From positions 1,162 through 65,161 of IMG/VR virus record IMGVR_UViG_3300047160_004775: DNA of 64,000 nucleotides. One strand, 5' to 3'. Below are positions 9,257-19,000 of this stretch, piece by piece. The stretch comes from a virus. Lineage: Duplodnaviria; Caudoviricetes. The notes beneath the pieces were generated by a model. The model saw nothing but the letters and a program-made list of their open reading frames with translations, was not told the DNA's origin and did not search any database. A program made the translations under genes and the position numbers. Numbering within the stretch: position 1 is the first letter of the stretch; the number at the start of each line of letters is the position of its first letter.

Positions 9257-9951
9257 CCGACCACCAGCCCCGTGATGGTCCAGAAGGAGTTGATGAAGGT
9301 CGCGTCGACCGAGCTTTGCGCGGCGAAGACCAGATAGTCGTTGGCCGCCATGTTGATCGCGGCCGAGCCCACCGTGGAGAAGCTGAAGACGCCGGTGGTC
9401 TGCGCCACGGTGAGGGTGCCCACGTGGTCGCTCATGCCGTTCTGGTAGACGGTGATCGTGAAGGCGCCGGCCGTCGGAGCGCCTAGACAGAAGCCGGCCG
9501 CCTTGGCGAAGCCCGAACCCGTGCCGTCAAAGTTCGGGAAGACCTGGAGCGGCCGCACGGTGATGAACGTACCCATCACTTCGTTCGACGCCGGCGCGAC
9601 GCCGCCCAGGAATTCGAAGGGTTCGTCGAAGTAGACCGTGTTGGTGGCGTTCCACGATTCCACGACCGGGTCGGCGGTCCAGATCTCTTGCGGCGGGTTG
9701 ATGCCGTCGTCAGGGCCAGTCAGCACCACCTTGTAGGTGATGTCGGGGTCAAGGAAGATCGGGGGGAAGATGCCGCTGTCCAGGGCCACGACAGGGTTGG
9801 CGTTCGGCGTCGTGAGCCCATAGTCGCTGTAGGTATTCGCCCGGGTGTTCGTGCCGGTGACGTAGAAATTCAGGAGCGCGCCCGGAATGGGAGCGCCCGC
9901 CGCCGTGAACACGCTGGGGTATGGCAGATAGAACCGCGGCCCGCTGGCCAT
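9253..9951 (-). CDS. tail fibre/tailspike with P22-like head-binding N-terminal domain
   Basis: GAPIPGALLNFYVTGT...TYSD...NANPVVALDSG..P.IFL...YKVVL anchor motif. Confidence 0.75.
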   Translation of the reverse strand: MASGPRFYLPYPSVFTAAGAPIPGALLNFYVTGTNTRANTYSDYGLTTPNANPVVALDSGIFPPIFLDPDITYKVVLTGPDDGINPPQEIWTADPVVESWNATNTVYFDEPFEFLGGVAPASNEVMGTFITVRPLQVFPNFDGTGSGFAKAAGFCLGAPTAGAFTITVYQNGMSDHVGTLTVAQTTGVFSFSTVGSAAINMAANDYLVFAAQSSVDATFINSFWTITGLVVG

Positions 9952-9976
9952 CTCGCACTCCGATCAGAGAGAGGGA

Positions 9977-9993
9977 GGCGCGGTTCCTTCGCC
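9977..9993 (-). promoter_or_regulatory. 17-bp intergenic motif, copy 1 (GGCGAAGGAACCGCGCC)
   Basis: Identical to 26186-26202; both lie about 25-28 nt upstream of a tail gene start. Confidence 0.55.
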
Positions 9994-10032
9994 TGAGAGG
10001 GAACCTAATCCGGTTCGCGCTGTTGACGCAAC

Positions 10033-13000
10033 CTACTGCCCGGCACGAGCTGCCGTGGCCGCCCGGTCGCGGGCGAACTGCTGGCGCTGCTCGTCGTTGG
10101 CAAACCGCTCGAAGTCGCGCAACTGGCGCCCCGACATGCGCAGGCCGGGGTTCTGCGCCACCCTGACGTAGTAGTTCTGGAGGCCCGGCGCGATGCCGAG
10201 CTCGGTCATCTTCGCTCGAGCTCCAGCCACGTCCCCGGTCTTGATCTGCCTCTGGATTCCCGACATGGCCTGCTGAACCTGGAAGTCATGCTCGTCCTTG
10301 GCGGCGTAGTAGTCCCCGATCGCAGGGCCGCCGGGCGCGCCCTTGGAGACCGTGATGCCAGCCACCGGCAGGAAGGTCTGGAGCGCCGCAGTCTTGCGGT
10401 CCACGCCAGGGCCGCCGGCCATCATGTCCTTCGCGCCCTGGAGTTGGCCGGTCGGCGCGATGGACTCGAAGGTGTGGCCGATCACGCGCAGGACGTTCTT
10501 CCCGAAGCCCCCGAGCGTGTGGTCATAGGGATCGTAGACCTTGCGACCGAAGCCCTTGTCGTTGGAGATGATCTCGTCGGCGAGCTTCGCATAGGGCGAC
10601 ATCTTCTGCTTGAAGGTGGTGATCGGCTGCGTGACCCAATTCTCCAGATCCTCGATCGTCTTGCCGGTCGGAAGGCGCCCGTAGACCGCCGTGCCATCGG
10701 ACTGGTAGCGGAGCAGGAAGCGGTTCCGGTACTTCTCCTCGTTGTCCCACGGCGCCTGGAACTTCTGCTGTGTCAGCCACGCGACCGCGCCTGCGGCGAG
10801 CAGCCGGCCGGCGATGGAGAAGCCGAAGTCCAGGGCCAGCATCGCGATGGCTTTGCGTCTGGCGACCCCCTGGGCGTTCTGCAGTTGTTGCGCGCCAGCG
10901 TCGCGCTCGATCTGGCTGCGCACGTCCGACGGGAGGCCCTTCGTCAGATCCTTGTAGGCCGCGAGGTTCCCCAGGGTGAAGGACCGGCTGAACATCACAA
11001 TGTTGGCGAGTTGGCGCGCGACCTTGCTCATGCCCTCCATCGGGAGCGAGCCCGCGTAGCGGTTGGCGTAGTGCGCAGCGATGCGCTGGGCGGTCTGGTC
11101 GGTGATCCCGAACTGGTTGGCCTTTCGGCTCAGATCGTCGCGGATCTTGGTGTAGAGGCCCATCTGGAGGTCGCCGATGCGATCCCACAGGAAGGTGTTA
11201 TGCCAGAGGTCGCCGAACTCATCGACCTTGGCCTTGACCGCGTCGCCGGCCGCCTTATCGAACAGCCCCGGGATGTAGCCCAGCACCTGGGAGGTCCACG
11301 AGCGGCCGGGCGTGAAGGTCGCGCCGTTGTTGGCGATCGAGGCGGTGTCGATCTTGTCGAAGTGCCTCGTGATCGGCACCAGGCCGGCGTTGATCGCTTC
11401 GGCCATCGTCTCGGGATCCATCTTCGCCCGGAAGCCGCGGCGATAGGCCTCGAAGGTCGCGACGCCCACCGGATCGGCGGCGAGCGCCCGCCCCCAGATG
11501 ACGGCGTTGTGCATCAGCGGCGAGTACATGATCACGCCGAGGGCCTTGGACTTGAGTTCCATCAGGGGCCGGATGAAGGCTCGGTCGATGGCGCCCGGCG
11601 GCATCGTGAGCACGGCCTTCAGCGGCCCCTCGAACTCCTTCGAGATCCACAACGGGTTGGCCTCGAAGACCACGTCGCCGTTCTGGTCCACGGCGGTGGT
11701 GATCTTGCCCGTCTCGGCATCTTTGACGAATCGCGGGCGCCAGACCTGAAGCGCCGGATGGTCCATCGTGAAGTAGTTGTCCGACGGGCGCTGGCCCTCC
11801 ACGACCAGAGGCTCGCCGGTCTGGCTGGAGAGCTCCTTGATGCGATTGACCAGCGTGCGGCCCGCGATAGCGCGCTCCAGGCGCTGAGTGGCCAGGGGGA
11901 GGGTGCGGATGTTCCGGACCACCGTAGCCTTGTCGCCGAAAGCCTTCTGCGCCGCGGCCTCGGTCTCTGACGTGAGCTCATACTTGCGCTGCCGCAATTG
12001 GCCGGTGGTGGTCGAGAGATTGCCCCCTTGGCGTGTCTGGCGCGGCGTCGTGCGCTCCAGCACCTTGGGCCCGAAGGCCGTCATCTGGACGACCATGCGG
12101 GGCACGTAGGACTCCAACCCATCGCCTTTCACCATCCCCAAGGCCTGCGCTTCCTCGAAGGCGGCATCCGCCCGCCGTTGGAGCTCGAGCACCGCGGCGC
12201 GCTCGGCGTCATCCAGCCGGTTGAGGCCCTGGCCTGGGCCGGACTCTTCGCCGCGTCGGAGGATGACGCCCTCCTCGTCCGCGGCTTCCCACATGCGGCG
12301 CTGCTGCTCGTCGGTGAAGCGTCGGTCGAGCCACTTGTCGAGGCGCTCGTGCTGGAAGTCCGCGTTGCGCAGTGTGTTGGCGAAATCCTTGGCCGCCGCC
12401 TGGGCGCGCCCGGAGCCGGCCGCCATCGGGTTCACCGCCAGATTGACGGCGTCCTTCGTCTCGCTCAGGGCGTCGACCATCGGATCCGGCAGGGCCTTCG
12501 CGGCCGCACGCTGAAGCCGGCGTCCGGTGGCGCCAACGCCGCGCCCCAGGATGTTGTTGATATGGTCGCCTACCGCGCGCGCCTCGGGCGAGCGTTCCTC
12601 GTCGGCCGGCGGACGGGCGAACGCCGGCGTGTCGTGGTCGTCCACCCGGTTCACCGGGTAGGACTCGCGCCCGAGGCGCCGCCCGATCTCGCCGCTCTCC
12701 ATCCGGCTGAAGATGTCGGCCGCCGAGGCTTGTTGGCCGAAGGTCCGCTTGGCCATGTCCCTGATGGCGTCCAGCACCTTGGCGATCCGCTGGAAAATTG
12801 TCTGAACGAGGCCGGAGAGGCCGCGCTCGCCATCCCGGCGCCACTCGCGGAAGCGCTCGGCGATGGACTCCTCGAGCTGCTTGCCGCGCTCAAAGTCGCC
12901 GTAGCGCTCGGGAATCTGATAGCGCGACCGCCAGTCCTCGTCCGAGGCCGCGCGTTCCAGCGCCTCCCACTCTTCCGGACGGATGACGCCCGCACTCCGC

Positions 13001-16000
13001 AGCGCGTGCACGGCCTCATGTCGGCCGATCCCCACCGCATCCGGGCTCTCGATCGACCAGGCCACGAGATGGCGCAGCCCGTCGCGCCAGGAGACACCCA
13101 TTGCCCGCGCGCCGGTCGCGGTTTCGGTGATGCGCCGGGCCGGCACGACTTCGGCGAAGGGGGCGATCTTGTGGATGGCTGCGGCGATCCGATCGGTGAA
13201 GTCATTGTCGCTGCCCTGCTCGATCCTGACGCCGCGAGGCTGTGCGGCCGCTTCTCCGCGCTCGGTGCGCTTGAAGAGCGGCAGGCCGCCGGACGCGGCC
13301 TCGCGCATCGCGGGTGTGATGTCGAAGCCGGGTTGGGACAGGCCTTCCTGCGCCTCCTTGAGGCTTGCCAGATGGCGCACCTCTTCCTCTTTGGCGGCTT
13401 GGGCCACGTGCGGCCTTGTCTCGCGCCAGTTCGGGTCGATGGCATCGCGGCGGCGATTGGCGGCCTCCAAATCCACCAGTCCGCGACGGGCGTTGTATTC
13501 CATGTACTCGCCAGACGGGTTGGCGATCCGCTTCTCTTCGACCTTCGCCCCGTACTTCCTGATCAGGTCGTTTGTGATGTTGACAAGGTTGCGGTCGTAG
13601 AAGGCCTTCATGCCCTCGCCGCCGATCTTCACGTCAAGACCCTCGAGGTGGCGCTCGCGCTGTAGCCAACCGTGGCCACCGCGTCCTTCACGCGGGTCGG
13701 AGGCGAGGAGTCGATCAGCCAGCGGCTGTCCGATCAACTCGCGGAGTTCCTGTTCGCTCGCGAGTTCGCGGCGCATGACCTGATTTCCGGAGGGATCGCG
13801 GACGGTCAGTGTGCCGTGCCGGAACGGGCCCGTCATGTCGGCGCGGCCGATGCCGCCAGCAGCATTGTCCTCCAACGTCAATCGGCCGACGTGGTGCGAA
13901 AGGTCGTATCGCTCCGCTTGTTGATCCCCCGTGGTCCACGCCACCCGGTCGAAGTCGTGGTCGACGGCCCACTTGATCGCACGCTTCATCACGAGCGCGG
14001 GCCAGGAGGATTTGAAGGGGGCGTCGGGGATGCCGCCAGGATCCTTGGCGCGCTGAAGGGCCTGCTGCATTTCGTTTGCGTGCAGTCGTAGAGGCTGAAT
14101 TGGCGCGGCCTCTTGCCGAAGCTGGTCTCTCAACTCCGCGTTCGCGCCATCGCGGAAAGCGGGACTGCCAAATGCCAGGTTGAGGATGCCTAGCGACTCG
14201 TCGGGACTCATCGTGCGCCAGTTGTCGAGCACGTGCTGCACCGTGTTGTTGTTCAAGCTGGCACTGAGCTTCTGCCGCTCTTCCGCGACGACGTTGAGCC
14301 GGTGATATTCTTGGTAAAGGTCGGCGCTACCGCCGGAGCCCCCGCTGGCCCTATAGACGCCTAGGGCAGCGTCGCGCGCCTCCCGAGCCGCTGCGGCTTC
14401 GTTGGCCAGTACGTCGCGGCGCGACTCAATTAGCGGGACCGCGCGCTCGAGGAACGGCATCGCTGCGGCGCGCAATTCGGCTTGGGCCGCATCGTATTGT
14501 TCTTGGCGGAGGTCGATGGTCTTCTGATCGGGCGGCTGCCGATACCCCTGATCCCGTCCCTTCTGGTGCCAATCCGACTGGATCTCCTGCACGAACAGCA
14601 CCTTCTTGCCGTCCGGCGCCGTGCGGGTGTCAAAGCGCACGTGGGCCATGACGCCGGGCGTGTCCCAATGCGTGGCCGGCGGATTGGCCTCCTTGGGGAG
14701 GGTGAGGAGGAGCTCGCGGTAGTCTTCGCCGCCGGGGAGGGTCCAGTCGCCGAATTCCGTCTGGCCGCCGTAGCCCGAGCGCGCAATGGTCTCATCGACC
14801 ATCCGCCGATGTAGGTCGTCCTGCGCGGCGCCAGTGGCTCGGCTCCTTTCCCACGCCTCTTTGCCTTCGGCCGTTGTGCCATCGTAGTCCAGGCGCTCGA
14901 GTTCGGCCTTCGCGGCCTTGTTCTCCTCAACTAGGCGTTCCCACTCGTCGCCGTAATCCTTGATGGCCTCTTCGTCTGGGGGAATCTCCGACATGCGCTT
15001 GTCGCCGAGAATTCGCTCCTCGACCTTCACCCCATTGTCCCGCACAAACGCCTGCAGGGCTTCCTTAGGGACCTTCTCGCCCTTGAAGAGGTCCAGCCAG
15101 TCGTTGACGCCGGTCCACTCGAGCTCCTCCTTCTTCAGGCCGGGCGCGTTGCGGATGGTGGCTTTCCACTGCTCGGGCGTGGCGGCCTTCAGCGTCGAGG
15201 CGTCGATGTGGCGCTCAAGGGCGGAGTAGAACACCGGGGCCTTGGCGAACTTGGCGTCGGAGACGTCGCCCGCGTCGCGCAGGAAGGCGTCGCGCTGGGC
15301 CTCGCTCTTGAACTGGAAACCCGGGATCGCCCCGCGGCCGCGGAAGGACGAATAGTAGCCGCCGTTCTTCTTCGCCAGCCCGTTGAGGGCGTTGTATTCC
15401 TCCGGGCTCACGCGGAGTTTGGCGGTCGCGACATAGACGAGCTCGCCGGTCTTGCCGTGCAGGGTCTGGCCGAGGTCGAAGCCGCCATGCAGAGGCTTGC
15501 CAGGCTCGGCGGCCTGGGCCGCGGCGGGCGCCGGCTGCTGCTGGCGCGCGGTCTCCTCGGCCTCCTGCACCTTGGGCGCCAGGCGCTCCTTGATCGAGGC
15601 GTGCTCGAGCCGGTCGAACAGTTCGTTGATGTTCGAGGCGTCGGCGTAGTCCCGCTGGGTCTCCTGCAGGTGCTTGGCGAGATCCGGGGTGTTCTGGCGT
15701 TCCAGCACCACCACCCGGGCGCGGACCTTGGTCCCCGCGCGCTCGAAGGTCGACGTCGGCAGGTCGATGTCCGCGACCTTGTAGACGCCCTTGGCGGCGT
15801 CGGACTCCATCAGCTTGTCGAACTTGCCGTCGGTCGCCCCGCGAGGGATCAGGGCCACGATCCGGCCGCCGTCCCGCAGATGGTTCATCGCCTTCTCGAG
15901 GTGGTCGATGGCCGTGGCCCCGGCGTGGCCGAACGGCGGGTTCATCACGATGGCGTCGAACTTGTTGACCGGGTGGAGGTCCTCGAAGCGCTCCTGCAGC

Positions 16001-19000
16001 ACCCGCGCGCCCGGCGCGTGCAGGCCGGCTTTGGAGGCGAGTTCGGCCGACGGCTCGATCAGCGTGCGGTCGGCGGTCTCGGGGAAGAACCGCGCGATGG
16101 CGCCGTGGCCCGCGGAGGGCTCGAGCACCCGTTCGCCCGGCCGGATGTCCGCCCACTCGGCCATCTTGAGGCCCAGAGGCTCGGGCGTGGGGAAATAGTC
16201 CAGGCCTTCGCGCTGGTCGCGCCGGCCGGACTTCTTGGCCTCGGCGAAGTAGTACGAGCGCGCCTTCTGATAGGCCGTCACGGCCTTGGCGAGCTCGAAG
16301 TCCGCCTGCTTGCCGCCCTTGCCCTCGCCGGGTTGCGGCGGCAGGTCCGCGCTGTCCAGGAAGGCGTTGATGAAGGATTCCCGCAGGGTGCGGGCCTGCT
16401 CGCCGAGCGCGAGGTTCTCCGCCGTGCCAGCCCGCTCGGCGATTTTGGAGGCGAAGGCGTATCGCTCCCAGGCCGTGCCGGTGTTGAGGTAGCGCAGGAT
16501 CGCGTCGGACTTCTGGCCCAGACGGTAGATCCGCCCTTCCTGCTGGATGGCGGCGGTGGGGCGCACCGGCAGGCCGAGGTTGATCAGCGCCCGCTGATGC
16601 TTGCCGCTGGTGTCGTGCAGGCTGATGCCCGCCTGACCGGCGTCGGACTGCACGATGATGAGGTTGTGCGGCGATCCGTCGGCGTTGAACTGCGCCTTGG
16701 CCCGCTCGCGCATGCCCTTGGACACCGTGCCGTTGTAGATCAGCGCCTTGGGGAAGGCCTGGGTCAGCTGCGCGATCGGCGAGGGCAGGTTGGCCAGGTC
16801 GCGGTCGATCTGCTCCACATAGGGGTTCTTGGCGGCGAACTCCTCGTGCAGCTGCTTCATCTCGCCCGGTCGGCCGCCCCGCATCTCCATCTCGGGGTGG
16901 TAGGCGAACGGCGAGAAGCCCCCGCCTTCGTTGAAGTTGTGGAACACCACCACCTTGCGCCCGAGGGCCATGTGGGCGCGGATGATCGGGATGGCGGCCT
17001 TGGCCTTGATGGCCTCCAGAAGGCGCGCGCGGTTGAGGTAGTTGAAACGGCTGTCGATGGCGTCGGCGAGGTTGCGGTACTTGCCGTCCTCGGCCGAGCG
17101 CAGGAACTGCAGGGCCTGGTCGATCTTCTCGCCCACGCCGGCGTGCACCAGGGCGAACTTGCGGTCGTAGTCCTGGTCGACGTTGAGCACGCGGCCCGAG
17201 AGCGAACCGGAGCGGCGCAGCCACTCGTGGAACTGCCGCTCCATGATCTCGGACTCGACCGCCGCCTCGGGCTTGGTCAGCTTGTTGGACCTCATGCGGT
17301 AGCCGAAGTGCCGCATGAAGAACTGGTCTTTGGCCGAGCCGACGTTGTAGCCGCGGCTCTGCGGCTCCGGCCCCCAGTCGAACAGGTAGCCGTGGGCCCA
17401 CTCGATGGACTTGTCGTAGGCGAACGGGGTGGCGGACAGGAACGCGGCCTTGGGGCGGTCGAGCGCCTTGAGCTCCTCGACGCGGGCCTTGGCCTTCTCG
17501 TTGAACCGCTCGTAGGCCTCGCGCCAGCGCTGGTACATCGGGCCGGAATAGACGCCCTTGGGCGGCTGCAGGGCGTCGACCTTGGCCTTCTCCGCGCGCA
17601 TTTCCATCTCGGCGCGTCGGTAGAGGCGATTGGGGTGCAGCGTCAGGGCGCGGAAGCTCCGCAGGGCTTCGGTCTCCGAGCCCTTCTGGTCCGACGACAG
17701 GGTGTGGGCTTCGTCGGCGATGACGAGGTCCCAGGTGCGGTCCGCGAGGCTCTCGTTGGCCGCCAGGGCGGCGTAGGTCGTGCCCACCGGCCCCTTACCG
17801 GCGCCAGCGGTGTCCTCCAGCACGTGGAAGGGAACGCCGAGCTTCTCCATGGCCTCGGCCCAATGCGACAGGATGCCCTGGCTGGGCGCGATCACGAGGA
17901 TGTCGCGCTTGCCGGCGTCGTGAAACCGCTTCGCCAGTCCCCCTCCCGTGAAGGTCTTGCCGGTGCCGGTGCCGTTGGTGAACAGGACGCCGTGACCCTC
18001 CTTCTCGTCGAACCGCTTCTCCGCGAAGGCCACATCGCCACGCTGTTCCGGGAAGAGAAGCGGAAGGGCGCGCTCGAGCTCCGAGGAAACCGGCGGGGCG
18101 CCGACGCTCTCGGCGAACGGATGGGCGTCCGCAGCGACCGGCTCTACGTGGGCGGAGTCTGTAGAAGCCGCTGCAAGGTCTGCTGCTGGGAGCCGGTTAG
18201 GCTGAATTCCTTCGTCGCGAGCAGGGCCGCTTCCGCCGGGCTCCCCACGTCCGGCAGGCTGTCCTGCAGCCCGGGGTTCTGCCTCGCGTGCGCCTGGAGC
18301 GCCTGGTTCTCCCACAGGAGCGGCGCCACGGTCAGGTACGCCGAAGAGGTCTTGCGATCCACGCCCTGGGCCGACATTGCCCCCTCCCGGGCCTCCAGGG
18401 CCTCGTTGAGCTTGTCCTGGCTCAGCGGGAAGAGGGCCCTCGCCATAGGCGTTTGCAGCGGCTGGCTCGCCGCCACGTCGTTCCAGATCCTCGACGCCAC
18501 CTGATACATCGCTGCGGACTCCCGCCACGACCTGCGGCGTAATCGCCTCGGTCGGGGTCATGCCCTCGGGTTTGACGCCGGGGTAGTGACGGACGGACTC
18601 ATACCACATCTTCAGGTACGGTCGCGCGGCTTCGCCAAGGTCTTCGAGCATAGCCTTCGCGTAGTCGCCGAACAGGCGCGCGCCGGCTTCGATGTGGTAG
18701 CCCGCGAGCTCGACCCCGTCACGGATCAGGTCGGGATCGAGGCCAGCGTTCAGCTGGTTGCGCAGCTTGTCGCGCAGGCGCCGCCGGGCCTCGTCGGCTC
18801 GCTCCTTGGTGAAGATCGTGTTGTTCTCGCCGTAGCCTTTGGGCTGCGCCTCCGCGGTCGCCTGCTTGGCCTCCGGGGTGGGCGCGGTAGGCTTGAGGTC
18901 GAACAGGCCAGCCTCGGGCGGTGGTGCGAAGAGGCCCTCGTCCGCTTCCTTCTGCCGCATCTTGGCGCGGATCGGACCTTCGCCGCGGGCCTCGGCGGCC

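Noticed and set aside
12651-14930. Other same-strand alternative-frame ORFs in the giant gene (12651-13445, 14430-14930)
   Set aside because: S/P/R-rich composition typical of off-frame translation; the main frame carries clear domains there
15208-18504. 1098-aa + strand ORF, and similar long antisense ORFs (10288, 11998, 20530, 22192, 40079, 49235)
   Set aside because: Shadow frames of high-GC genes; no motifs or RBS
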